This document shows, in pieces, positions 40,672 through 50,582 of a DNA stretch of 64,000 bases. The stretch is from a virus. Position numbers and translations under genes: made by a program. The stretch lies in IMG/VR virus record IMGVR_UViG_3300032313_001035. One strand, written 5' to 3'. Within the stretch, counting starts at the first letter, position 1, and the number at the start of each line of letters is the position of its first letter. The notes under the pieces were generated by a model. That model worked only from the letters and a program-made list of their open reading frames with translations. It made no database searches and was not told the DNA's origin.

Positions 40672-43656
40672 ATGCCAAAGATTTCGCAGCTTAATCCAGC
40701 ATCGACACCATTATCAGGAAAAGAAGTAATCGTTCTTAACCAGAACGGGGTGACATATAATACTGATCTGGATACTGTCACGCAATTTATCAGCGCTTCT
40801 ACCAAAATTGGTGAGTTGTCGAGTAATCTTACTAATTTAACTACTTTGGTTAGAGTATCAAGCGGAGATTGGGAAAATACGCATACCTCAATGACCTTAT
40901 TGTCCAGTAATTGGCAAAGCACATACACTACATTTTCTAGTAATTCTGCCAATTTTGCTGTTAAAAACGCTAACAACTTTTTTTCTGCTGACCAAACTTT
41001 ACTCACAGGTCGAATTAATTTAAGTGCTGTTCCAATACGAACATTAGCAGATGGTAATATTTCTATTGGTTTGAGTGCAGGTAGTTTGGTAACAAATCCT
41101 ATTAATAATACTTTTATAGGTAGTAGTGCTGGACTTCGTGCTACAGATGTTACCAATTCTAATTTTATAGGATCGAATGCTGGTAAAAATGCTACTAATG
41201 CTAGTTATTCTAATTTCCTTGGTAATAATGCTGGACTCAGTGCTACAAACGCTAGTCATTCTAATTTCTTAGGTTATCAGGCTGGTAAAAATGCTACCTT
41301 TGCTGCTTACTCTAATTTTTTGGGTAATGATGCTGGAAACTGTGCTACAAACGCTAGTAATTCTAATTTCTTTGGTGTTCGTGCTGGATTCTGCGCTACC
41401 AACGCTAGTATATCTAATTTTTTCGGTAATGATGCTGGAAGAGAAGCTACTAATGCTAGTTATTCTAATTTCTTAGGTGCTCAGACTGGTAATACTGCTA
41501 CGAACGCTAATTATTCCAATTTTTTTGGTAGATATACAGGTACTAATGCCACTAATGCTAATAATTCTAATTTCTTAGGCAATAGCGCTGGAATGAATGC
41601 TACCAATGCTTGTCATTCTAATTTTTTGGGTAAAAATGCTGGTTATAATGCAACAAATGCCAATAATTCTAATTTCTTGGGTCAAAATGCTGGTGGCGAT
41701 GCAACAAATGCTTGTTTTTCTAATTTCTTAGGAGAAGAGGCTGGTCGTTTTGCTACCAATGCTCGTCGTTCTAATTTTATAGGTGAAAGAGCTGGATATT
41801 GCGCTACGAATTCTCGTTATTCTAATTTCTTAGGTAATGCGGCAGGATCTAATGCTCCAAATGCTGATAGATCTAATTTCATAGGATTTGGTGCTGGAAC
41901 ATGTGCTACAAATTCACGCGAATCTAATTTTATCGGTGATAATAGCGGTGTATTTGCTACCAATGCGTGTTATTCCAATTTCTTAGGTTACAATGTTGGT
42001 CTGTCTGCTTTAAGCGCCAATAATTCTAATTTCTTGGGTAAAAATGCTGGATTTGTGGCAGCGAATGCCAATAATTCTAATTTCTTAGGTAATAGTGCTG
42101 GATTCTGTGCTACCAATACTTGTAATTCTAATTTCTTAGGCAATAGTGCTGGACTTTCTGCCACCAATGCTAATAATTCTAATTTCTTGGGTCAAAATGC
42201 TGGTTGTGGTGCTATAAATGCTCGCCATTCTAATTTCTTGGGACGTAAGGCTGGACTCTTTACTATAAATGCTAGCTATTCTAATTTCTTAGGTGATGAT
42301 GCTGGATACTGTGCTACCAATGCTTGCAATTCTAATTTCTTAGGTCAAGGCGCTGGAGAAAATGCTACAAATTCTCGTTATTCCAATTTCTTGGGTCGAG
42401 ATGCTGGTCGCCTCGCTATATGTGCTGTTCATTCCAATTTCTTGGGTTATGATAGCGGTGTATTAGCCAACTTTGCGTGTCATTCTAATTTCTTGGGTAG
42501 TAGTGCTGGAAGATCCTCCACATGTGCTTTTCATTCCAATTTCTTGGGATGTAATGCTGGTCGTTCTGCTTTTGATGCTTGCCATTCCAATTTCTTGGGT
42601 CAAAATGCTGGATTTCTTGCTACAGATGCTTACCATTCCAATTTCTTGGGTCGATATGCTGGTAAAAATGCTACTAATGCCAATTATTCCAATTTCTCAG
42701 GTGCTTGCGCTGGACTTTCTGCTATAAATGCTGATAAATCCAATTTTTTTGGTAGTAGTGCTGGTAGAAATGCTACTTGTGCCTCTTATTCCAATTTCTT
42801 TGGATTTGGCGCTGGTTTTTGTGCTACAGATGCTTACCATTCCAATTTCTTTGGGAAAAATGCTGGATCAAATGCTACTTGTGCCTATTATTCCAATTTT
42901 ATCGGTAATAATAGCGGTGTATTTGCTACCAATGCTTACCATTCCAATTTCTTTGGTAATTCGTCTGGATTTACTGCAATAAGTGCCAGTCATTCCAATT
43001 TCTTTGGTAATAGTGCTGGATTATGTGCTACAGATGCCCACCATTCCAATTTCTTTGGTTCTATCGCTGGATACGGCGCTACTTTTGCTTGTCATTCCAA
43101 TTTCCTTGGTACTAAAGCTGGATGCTATGCGGTAAATGCCGACTATTCCAATTTCTTAGGTTTTTCTGCTGGATTATCCGCTGCATACGCTAGTAATTCT
43201 AATTTCTTTGGTACATATGCTGGAACATACGCATCAAACGCTAGTAATTCTAATTTCTTCGGCAATATGGCTGGTTGTGGGGCTTCATCTGCTAGTAATT
43301 CTAATTTCTTTGGTAATAAGGCTGGTTGTGGGGCTACACATTCCAGTAACGCTGTGTTTATAGGACAAAATAGTGGTAAAAATTCCACATATAGTTCCAA
43401 TTCTGTATTCATCGGTAATGAAGTTAATAATAACGTTGTAGGTTCTGATGCTGTGGCTATTGGTGCGTTTGCGCAAGCAGGTAATTGTGGTATTGCCCTT
43501 GGTTGCGGAGCTTGTAGCCCACCTAGTCATTTGTCATTAGGTAGTGCTACAGCACCCCTTACATTATTAGCAGGGGGAGCATTAAGTTATTCAGCTTGTA
43601 GCTTGGCAGTATTTGTGAATGGTGCCTGTTTCAAAATACCCTTATTATCAACTTAA
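40672..43656 (+). CDS. Long beta-roll repeat fibre/adhesin (YadA-head-like)
   Basis: MPKISQL N-terminus, 43 tandem SNF[LFI]GxxAGxxAxxAxx repeats ending in AVAIG/GIALG; start from TAAATA spacing. Confidence 0.75.
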   Translation: MPKISQLNPASTPLSGKEVIVLNQNGVTYNTDLDTVTQFISASTKIGELSSNLTNLTTLVRVSSGDWENTHTSMTLLSSNWQSTYTTFSSNSANFAVKNANNFFSADQTLLTGRINLSAVPIRTLADGNISIGLSAGSLVTNPINNTFIGSSAGLRATDVTNSNFIGSNAGKNATNASYSNFLGNNAGLSATNASHSNFLGYQAGKNATFAAYSNFLGNDAGNCATNASNSNFFGVRAGFCATNASISNFFGNDAGREATNASYSNFLGAQTGNTATNANYSNFFGRYTGTNATNANNSNFLGNSAGMNATNACHSNFLGKNAGYNATNANNSNFLGQNAGGDATNACFSNFLGEEAGRFATNARRSNFIGERAGYCATNSRYSNFLGNAAGSNAPNADRSNFIGFGAGTCATNSRESNFIGDNSGVFATNACYSNFLGYNVGLSALSANNSNFLGKNAGFVAANANNSNFLGNSAGFCATNTCNSNFLGNSAGLSATNANNSNFLGQNAGCGAINARHSNFLGRKAGLFTINASYSNFLGDDAGYCATNACNSNFLGQGAGENATNSRYSNFLGRDAGRLAICAVHSNFLGYDSGVLANFACHSNFLGSSAGRSSTCAFHSNFLGCNAGRSAFDACHSNFLGQNAGFLATDAYHSNFLGRYAGKNATNANYSNFSGACAGLSAINADKSNFFGSSAGRNATCASYSNFFGFGAGFCATDAYHSNFFGKNAGSNATCAYYSNFIGNNSGVFATNAYHSNFFGNSSGFTAISASHSNFFGNSAGLCATDAHHSNFFGSIAGYGATFACHSNFLGTKAGCYAVNADYSNFLGFSAGLSAAYASNSNFFGTYAGTYASNASNSNFFGNMAGCGASSASNSNFFGNKAGCGATHSSNAVFIGQNSGKNSTYSSNSVFIGNEVNNNVVGSDAVAIGAFAQAGNCGIALGCGACSPPSHLSLGSATAPLTLLAGGALSYSACSLAVFVNGACFKIPLLST
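41158..43350 (+). repeat. Coding tandem repeat, 43 x 51 nt (17 aa)
   Basis: TCYAATTTY recurs every 51 nt; counted from the translation. Confidence 0.92.
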
Positions 43657-44438
43657 AATTTATAATTGATATCTGCAAATCTGGTATAAATTGGACCTAA
43701 TATTTCTCGACTGTCATCATATTGTGGACCTACTACTGGTCTAATCGTATGTAAATCGGTGAATCCGTGTTCAGCGTCATTCTCAACAGTGTATTGATTT
43801 ACTCTATCGAAATCATGATTGTAATTTGGTTTTCCCAAAAAGTCATATACCCGATTCATTACTAAATTTGGTGTTTTGGTCAATTCTGTATAATCAATAA
43901 AGTGGAATTTGTGGCGATGTCCACGGAAAAATGCATCTTGTATACTATTATAAGTGCCTCCTATAAGTCCATTAGCTGCCATCCATGTATTCACGCGATT
44001 TTCTATCGTATTCATACCGTCACCTCTCATCATTGGACTATCAATATTTTTAATTTCCTTGCGATATAGTTTTTCCATCGATGATACAATTTGACTGATT
44101 GGTCTAACTGTAGTGAGAATTTTAATTTCTTTCTCTAGCGCCAATTCTACAAGCTCGATATTAGCAGCCCAATTTCTAGATTTATTGAATACAATTGGTC
44201 TATCAGTTTCAGCATGATAAGATTGGAATAAATCGCGAATAATTTTTAATTGTTTCTTAGAAGTTTCAGATGCTTTAATAATTGGGTTAGTTTTCCAAAA
44301 TTGATGAATACCTACAATTAATTCGGATAATCCACTAGTTGGTGTTACGTGGAAATCTGGGTTTTGTGCCAAAATATTGCAAAATAAAGTTGATCCAGAG
44401 CGTGGCATACCATTAATAAAGTAGATTTCTTTTTCCAT
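43653..44438 (-). CDS. PAPS-dependent sulfotransferase
   Basis: 5'-PSB motif GMPRSGSTL, K.R.W, 3'-PB VR....IVSS, Y.EL...P.......FLG; sigma70-like TTGTAT-N16-TAAAAT-N6-ATG upstream. Confidence 0.88.
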   Translation of the reverse strand: MEKEIYFINGMPRSGSTLFCNILAQNPDFHVTPTSGLSELIVGIHQFWKTNPIIKASETSKKQLKIIRDLFQSYHAETDRPIVFNKSRNWAANIELVELALEKEIKILTTVRPISQIVSSMEKLYRKEIKNIDSPMMRGDGMNTIENRVNTWMAANGLIGGTYNSIQDAFFRGHRHKFHFIDYTELTKTPNLVMNRVYDFLGKPNYNHDFDRVNQYTVENDAEHGFTDLHTIRPVVGPQYDDSREILGPIYTRFADINYKF

Positions 44439-44487
44439 ATTGTTATTTTAATATTGATTTTTGAAAATACAAGTATATATATGTGAT

Positions 44488-45375
44488 ATGCAAACAATAT
44501 TTCATGTGACAGGAGGCTTGGGTAAACATGTTGTTGCTTCAGGCATGATTAATTCATACAAATATGCCAACAACGAAGAAGAAATTATAGTATGTAGCGC
44601 ATACCCAGAAGTTTTCAACCATAATATTAATGTCAAAGAGTCGTTGGATATAAATAATCTCCAATATTTCTACAAACAATATATTAAAAATAAAAATGTT
44701 AAGATCTTTGCCCAAGAACCATATAAACAAACTTCCCACATTCTTAAACATAAAAGTTTAATCGAAACTTGGTGTGACATGGTTGGAGTCAAATATCATA
44801 AAAAACCAACTATTGGTATTAATTTTAGAGAAAAAGAAATAGTTTCTCGCCGAATATCATCGAATAAACCTATTCTTATTTTTCAACCTTTCGGAGGTAA
44901 TAATAGCTCATTGCCATACAATTGGGCTAGAGATATTCATCCGATGGTTGCTCAGTCGATTATTAATATGTTATCAGACAAATATGACATTATTCATATT
45001 TGCAATCCTTATCATCCTAAATTGGATAATTGTCAAAGAATCGACGAAAAACTCAGTTTAGCTTCTTTATCAGCATTAATCGAACTTTCGAATGAAAGAT
45101 TTTTGATCGATTCGTCAATTCAACATATCGCTTTCGCTTTGAATAAACCATCTACTGTTATTTGGAATGTTACATCCCCTATTCAATTTGGTTATAGCGA
45201 TTTACATAATAATATCATTAGTCCTATCGATTATAGTGATGGACATCGTAAATCATATTTGTTTGATTTCGAGATAGGTGGTATCCCATCGGAATGTCCA
45301 GTTGTTGATTATACAGAGATGTATAATATGGCAGAAATCTTTTCTGTAATAAAAACATTAATGAATGATAAATAA
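44488..45375 (+). CDS. GT-B glycosyltransferase (GT9/heptosyltransferase-like)
   Basis: GGLGK, QPFGG, IDSSIQH.A.A..KPS.V.W....P..FGY; likely start 44488. Confidence 0.75.
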   Translation: MQTIFHVTGGLGKHVVASGMINSYKYANNEEEIIVCSAYPEVFNHNINVKESLDINNLQYFYKQYIKNKNVKIFAQEPYKQTSHILKHKSLIETWCDMVGVKYHKKPTIGINFREKEIVSRRISSNKPILIFQPFGGNNSSLPYNWARDIHPMVAQSIINMLSDKYDIIHICNPYHPKLDNCQRIDEKLSLASLSALIELSNERFLIDSSIQHIAFALNKPSTVIWNVTSPIQFGYSDLHNNIISPIDYSDGHRKSYLFDFEIGGIPSECPVVDYTEMYNMAEIFSVIKTLMNDK

Positions 45376-45379
45376 TAAC

Positions 45380-45760
45380 ATGGCTATTTTAGCAGATAAT
45401 AAACTTGAACAACCTCCAACCCCAACACCTGAGCAACTTGAGGTGATTAAAAACTTGCGGTTGAAAATGACAAAGAGCAATATCCTCGAACTTACTCGCG
45501 ATACATTCAATCGTTTAGTAAACGTTCAACGTAAAGGTATTGACATGGTTTGGAATAATCCAAATCTGACACCACAAGAAGTTGTCGATGTTCTTGGTGA
45601 AGATGCTGTCAAAGTGTTTCAATTTCACGGTATTCTTACCACATTTATTCAACAGTTGGCAACATCTGCTAACGTTACAGTCGATTTGAAGGCTCCCACT
45701 AATGCATTTAGTGTTGCGAGTGGAAGTATTGTTATTAGTAATAACCCATATCAAGCATAA
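45380..45760 (+). CDS. Hypothetical late protein
   Basis: TAAATA 45369-45374, ATG 45380. Confidence 0.55.
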   Translation: MAILADNKLEQPPTPTPEQLEVIKNLRLKMTKSNILELTRDTFNRLVNVQRKGIDMVWNNPNLTPQEVVDVLGEDAVKVFQFHGILTTFIQQLATSANVTVDLKAPTNAFSVASGSIVISNNPYQA

Positions 45761-45762
45761 TT

Positions 45763-46767
45763 ATGAAAAAAAATCCAAGTTTAGGTGATATTTACGGAGA
45801 TATTCTGCGAAACGTTAAAGTTGTCAAAGAAAGTGCTCAAGAAAACATCAATAAGTCGAAAAAAATTCCCAAAATGTCTAACAATGCATTTACTAGCACT
45901 AATCCTTTAACCAAAGGTGGTCCAGAAGTTGCAGATGGCTATCATAAAGCGTTGGATGATGATTATTGCGGTTGTGATGAAGATAATGAAGAACAATATG
46001 ATACTCGCCACGAAAACAAATATAATAGAATTAGCGAATTGGAAAAACAGTTGAAAGATACTTCAATTTCTGATGAAAAAAGATCCAAAATTCTCAATAC
46101 TATTAATACTTTGAAAAAAAATCTTCAACGTGAAGAATCGGAAGAAGATTTTATTAAAGAATCCAAAAAAATTACAACAAATAGACTAAATACTTTTATG
46201 ATGAAAAAATCTACATTTGATAAATTGTTTGAATCTGTGATGGGCGGTGATTTCGGTCAAGACGAAGAATCCAAAGACATTGATGCTCTTGGTCTTGGTG
46301 ACGCACCAACTGATGATGAGTTCGGTGATGATGAAATGGGTGACGAAGGTGATGAAATCACTGTTACTATGAATCGCGATGTTGCTCGTCAACTCTGCGA
46401 CATACTCCAAGCTGCCATGGGTGATGACGAAGGCGAAGACGATGGTTTAGATTTCGGCGACATGGGTGACGATGAAATGGGCGACGATGAAATGGATGAA
46501 GAAGGTTATGATGATGAAGAAGAAGATTATCAAGAGGATAACGAAGAAACCGTTTCCAGCACCAATAAATCTTCACTTCAAAGCCACAACAATAAAGTGA
46601 ATGGTCGCCCACAACCTAAAGGTGGTAGCACCAAAGTTGTTGGAGCCACTGACAAAGTAGGTAACGATGGTGATCACGGTCATGCTATCCATAACGCTAA
46701 ACAACCGAATATGGGCAAACAAAACAAAGTATCTGATTTACGACAAGCGGAAGACTTTTTCCGCTGA
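45763..46767 (+). CDS. Acidic prohead core/scaffold-like protein
   Basis: Highly D/E-rich with repeated xKES/FES sites, FDKLFESVM, ITVTM.R..A..L.D.L. Confidence 0.5.
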   Translation: MKKNPSLGDIYGDILRNVKVVKESAQENINKSKKIPKMSNNAFTSTNPLTKGGPEVADGYHKALDDDYCGCDEDNEEQYDTRHENKYNRISELEKQLKDTSISDEKRSKILNTINTLKKNLQREESEEDFIKESKKITTNRLNTFMMKKSTFDKLFESVMGGDFGQDEESKDIDALGLGDAPTDDEFGDDEMGDEGDEITVTMNRDVARQLCDILQAAMGDDEGEDDGLDFGDMGDDEMGDDEMDEEGYDDEEEDYQEDNEETVSSTNKSSLQSHNNKVNGRPQPKGGSTKVVGATDKVGNDGDHGHAIHNAKQPNMGKQNKVSDLRQAEDFFR

Positions 46768-46790
46768 ATTAAAAAATAAAAAACACTAAG

Positions 46791-46820
46791 AAAAGGGGAT
46801 CGTTCTGATCCCCTTTTTTT
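46791..46820 (+). terminator. Rho-independent terminator, potentially bidirectional
   Basis: AAAAGGGGATC-GTTCT-GATCCCC-TTTTTTT. Confidence 0.85.
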
Positions 46821-46833
46821 GTTAAGTAATATC

Positions 46834-47355
46834 ATGCAATCGTTCTCGCAATTTTTCGAATCAAAATTGAAAAAATCGTCTATATCAAATGATGAACCTT
46901 ATGAAGTTTATGATAAACACACGGGTGATATTATTTGGAGAGGCACGTATGGAAAGAAACATATTGCTACAAGAATTATTGATAAAAAAAATAATGAATA
47001 TGGCGGTTATAGATATTTTGGTAGACTTGTTAAAAAACCATTATTGGAATATCGCCACAAAGATGCATTCGGTGGTATAAAGCAGAGTATTCATCCTGAT
47101 AACAAAAAAGGTTCTAACTTGACCATAGATCCATCATCGAGAAAAATACCGTGGGTTAAAGGACCATATAAAAAAGAACGAAAACATGGTGAAATACTTA
47201 TAGGTAACGAACTAAATAGAGAATTGGGTTCTTTAAACGGTGTGGAATTTGAAGAAGGTAAAGAAATAAAACGTAAAAATTCTAATCAAATTTTGAAACT
47301 GTTTACCAATTCACATGGTCAACAATGCGGCAAAATTGTTGAAATTAATAAATAA
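46834..47355 (+). CDS. Hypothetical basic late protein
   Basis: TAAGTA 5 nt upstream; MQSFSQFFESKL. Confidence 0.6.
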   Translation: MQSFSQFFESKLKKSSISNDEPYEVYDKHTGDIIWRGTYGKKHIATRIIDKKNNEYGGYRYFGRLVKKPLLEYRHKDAFGGIKQSIHPDNKKGSNLTIDPSSRKIPWVKGPYKKERKHGEILIGNELNRELGSLNGVEFEEGKEIKRKNSNQILKLFTNSHGQQCGKIVEINK

Positions 47356-47360
47356 TATTT

Positions 47361-48146
47361 ATGGGATGCCCTACGATACCTTTGTCTTGTCTTACTCCTG
47401 AAAATATTTTTGCTGGAGTTTATCGTCCTAATTGTGGTGGATTCGCCGATCCATCGAACTTTCAAGCTGAAAGAGCAGTATTTAGCAGTAGTTTCAATGA
47501 ACTTATAAACAATTATGGGGTAGAGATTGGTTATATGGTCAATACATTTGAACCAAGTCAAATGAATGCTATATACGGTGAACATAGCACTATGTATTGG
47601 TTAAGTGCTGTTGATATAAAGGCTTACCCAACAATAGAAAATGGATCTCCTATCTATGGTATAGCAGGAATGGATTCTCCTGATACAATAACATTGTATA
47701 TTTATATAAAAGATTTCATAGATAAATTTAAAAACTACCCATATTTTACAAATCATCCAGTTGAACCAAAGTCTCAAGATAAAATTATTCTTTATCCATT
47801 TGGATGTGATAGACCTAATGGTAGAAGTGCTAAAATATTTGAAGTTACTGAAGCACTGGATGAAGATGTTTCAGAATTAAACCCTGCCATGGGTCATTAT
47901 GTTTGGAGAATCAAAGGTGTTCGCAGTGAGCATAATTACACTACCAACGAACCTAGAGAAGCATTCAACCAACAAATTTCTGATAGCTCATACTTTGGTA
48001 AGCTATCATCAGTTTTATTCCCTCAACTATCATCTAATATTTCCGATAACAAAATATACACGGAAAATTCTGATGATGTGGTTCAAAGAGATATTTTCCC
48101 ACCAAATACTGCTAATAATAGTAGTGTTTATGGGAATTATTTCTAA
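47361..48146 (+). CDS. 14: Neck/head-closure protein (T4 gp14-like)
   Basis: E.I..YG..I.Y, IYGE, P...D.I, IFEVT, HYVW, C-terminal VYGNY; upstream of terminase. Confidence 0.65.
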   Translation: MGCPTIPLSCLTPENIFAGVYRPNCGGFADPSNFQAERAVFSSSFNELINNYGVEIGYMVNTFEPSQMNAIYGEHSTMYWLSAVDIKAYPTIENGSPIYGIAGMDSPDTITLYIYIKDFIDKFKNYPYFTNHPVEPKSQDKIILYPFGCDRPNGRSAKIFEVTEALDEDVSELNPAMGHYVWRIKGVRSEHNYTTNEPREAFNQQISDSSYFGKLSSVLFPQLSSNISDNKIYTENSDDVVQRDIFPPNTANNSSVYGNYF

Positions 48147-48155
48147 GTATTAATT

Positions 48156-49931
48156 ATGGCTGCAAAGGTTAAAAATAAATCATATATGGGTAATACCAAT
48201 TTACCCAGCGCCAATTCATCTTTCGAGTATACACCAGAAATGGTGGTTGAAATAGAAAAATGCAAAACTGACATTATTCATTTCGCATCGAATTATTTTT
48301 ATATTATTGACCCTGATAGTGATGTTGGTAAAGTTTGTATCAATTTATATGATTTCCAAAAAAGAGTATTAGCTGGCATATTCGATCATCGTTTTAATTG
48401 TCTTCTTTCACCTAGACAAGCTTCAAAAAGTACATTGATGACAATTGCAGCACTCCATGAAGCATGTTTCAAGCCATACAAAAGCATTATTATTGTTGCC
48501 AACAAAGAAGCAACAGCTATTGAGATATTCAGAAGGGTTAGATTGGCATATGAAGAGTTACCAAACTGGTTAAAACCTGGAGTTGAGGAATATGGTAAGA
48601 CTGGATGTGTATTTGACAATGGTAGTCGAATCAGTATTTCTACTACAACTGGCAGTGCTATTCGGGGAACATCGCTAAACATGTTGATCATTGACGAGTT
48701 GGCGTTCTTAGAAGAACACGTTGTTGATGAATTTTGGAAATCGGTTTATCCCACCATTTCTAGATCCAGAACATCCAAAATTATAGTAGCATCTACCCCA
48801 AATGGCACTGGTAATCTATTTCATAAGATATATACAGGAGCGGAACGTGGTGATAACGGTTTCAACCCACTACGTATTGAATGGAATGAAATTCCGGGTC
48901 GTGATGAAGCATGGAAAGCTCAACAAATCAAAGCATTGGGTTCTTATGAAGCATTTCAACAAGAATTTGGTAACATGTTCTTGGATAATAGCCAACAATC
49001 AATTGATGAGGAGTTATTTGAGCGATTAAAACAAGAATGTTGCGCACCGTTGCATATTTTTAAAGATGGTGATTATAAAGTTTGGGAGGAATACGATTCC
49101 AATAAGATATATGCTATTGGTGGGGATGTTTCTGAAGGTGTCGGATTGGATGCATCGGTTTTAGAGATATTTGATATCACAAATCCTAAAGAAATAATTC
49201 AAGTTGCAGAATATTACAACAATAAAATTGGTCCTTCTGAATTTACTAATGTGGTTGCTGAGATATGTGCTCATTGGGGTAATCCTCTTCTTTTAATTGA
49301 AAGAAATAACCAAGGAACAGGCGTTTGTGATCGATTATCCAATGAATTTATGTATCAAAATTTGGTTTCTTGGGGTGCTAAAGAAGCACACAAGAATAAA
49401 CAAAATGGTATGATATCTCATATCAATACAAAATACAAAGCGGTGTTGAACATGCGATATTTTGTTAATGAAACCAAATCTGTTTACTTTAGATCACTTG
49501 ATTGTTTGAAGGAATTTAAAAATTTCATACGTTATCCGAATGGATCATGGAAAGCAAAAAATGGCGAACATGATGATAGAGTAATGGCATCGGTATGGGC
49601 TTTGATGACATTGTATAAAGATATTACAGAAATGTATTTCGACATTAAGGAATTGGATGATTGTGACAAACCTTTGAAGATAGAACCGTTTGATATTAGT
49701 TCATATAGAACCAGAATATCTACTTCCATATACAATAATGAAGAAATTGAAAAAATAGAAAATTCCAATTTAGCACCGTTGTTATTCGGTGGCGTTGGTA
49801 GCGAAATGATGAACGATTTGGCAGAGTTGGAAGCTGCTGGATGGGTAATACCACAAGATTCTATCTATTCTAATAAAGAAAGAGACCTCTCATACGATCA
49901 ATGGCAATCCATAGACAAATATTTCAATTAA
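48156..49931 (+). CDS. 17: Terminase large subunit (T4 gp17-like)
   Basis: Y.GN.NL, LYDFQ, PRQASKST, IRG.S..MLIIDE.AF, STPNG, QEF, GDVSEG.G.D.S, IERN, HDD.VMA. Confidence 0.95.
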   Translation: MAAKVKNKSYMGNTNLPSANSSFEYTPEMVVEIEKCKTDIIHFASNYFYIIDPDSDVGKVCINLYDFQKRVLAGIFDHRFNCLLSPRQASKSTLMTIAALHEACFKPYKSIIIVANKEATAIEIFRRVRLAYEELPNWLKPGVEEYGKTGCVFDNGSRISISTTTGSAIRGTSLNMLIIDELAFLEEHVVDEFWKSVYPTISRSRTSKIIVASTPNGTGNLFHKIYTGAERGDNGFNPLRIEWNEIPGRDEAWKAQQIKALGSYEAFQQEFGNMFLDNSQQSIDEELFERLKQECCAPLHIFKDGDYKVWEEYDSNKIYAIGGDVSEGVGLDASVLEIFDITNPKEIIQVAEYYNNKIGPSEFTNVVAEICAHWGNPLLLIERNNQGTGVCDRLSNEFMYQNLVSWGAKEAHKNKQNGMISHINTKYKAVLNMRYFVNETKSVYFRSLDCLKEFKNFIRYPNGSWKAKNGEHDDRVMASVWALMTLYKDITEMYFDIKELDDCDKPLKIEPFDISSYRTRISTSIYNNEEIEKIENSNLAPLLFGGVGSEMMNDLAELEAAGWVIPQDSIYSNKERDLSYDQWQSIDKYFN

Positions 49932-49940
49932 ATAATTATA

Positions 49941-50549
49941 ATGCCTGAACAAATTCAACAGTCTTATTTGAATAAAGCGAGAAAAGATAAATTTCTTCTC
50001 GTGTTTGATATACCGCCAATTTTAAAACCCATACAATCGAATTATACTAGAGGAGATACTACTATTATCCCTGATAGTGTGCAATTCAGCGTGTTTGGAA
50101 CAATGGTTCCAGGTGTTACCGTTAAAGGGGTTGCCACTAGATATGTCGGCGACACGTTATATGTATCATCCCATACTAAAGAACCTTATCCTCCTGTAAA
50201 TGTTAAATTCGTGGTCGATAGTGGTTATAATAATTATTGGGTGGTTTATCAATGGTTGAATTTATTACACGATCAAAAGACTGGGCAATACAATACAAAA
50301 GGTTTACAGGGTATTAACTGTAGTCACACTGATTACCAAACTGATATATCAGTATATGGTCTTGATGAATATGATAATAAAGTCATAGAATTCAAATATA
50401 CTAAATGTTTCCCCACTAGTTTAGATGAAATAACATTTGATGCTAAAACCACTGGAGAGATGGAGTTGGAGTCGGGATTTACCTTCTTATTTTCACAAAT
50501 GCATATAAAATTATTAGGTTGTGATAGATCATATGAAACTTTGAGTTGA
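49941..50549 (+). CDS. Tail tube-fold protein (tail completion, gp3/gp19-like)
   Basis: V.F.VD..YNNY...YQWL, F.YT.CFPTSL..I.F. Confidence 0.7.
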   Translation: MPEQIQQSYLNKARKDKFLLVFDIPPILKPIQSNYTRGDTTIIPDSVQFSVFGTMVPGVTVKGVATRYVGDTLYVSSHTKEPYPPVNVKFVVDSGYNNYWVVYQWLNLLHDQKTGQYNTKGLQGINCSHTDYQTDISVYGLDEYDNKVIEFKYTKCFPTSLDEITFDAKTTGEMELESGFTFLFSQMHIKLLGCDRSYETLS

Positions 50550-50582
50550 TAAAAAAAATATCGTTTTGTATTAAATAATTGT

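Noticed and set aside
41158-43350. 51-nt periodic repeat as a CRISPR array
   Set aside because: Repeats are in-frame codons with synonymous variation in one long ORF; no repeat-spacer structure or cas genes
40672-43656. Diversity-generating retroelement target or ice-nucleation protein
   Set aside because: No reverse transcriptase or TR/VR pair seen; the repeat is 17 aa SNFxG, not the AGYGSTxT octapeptide
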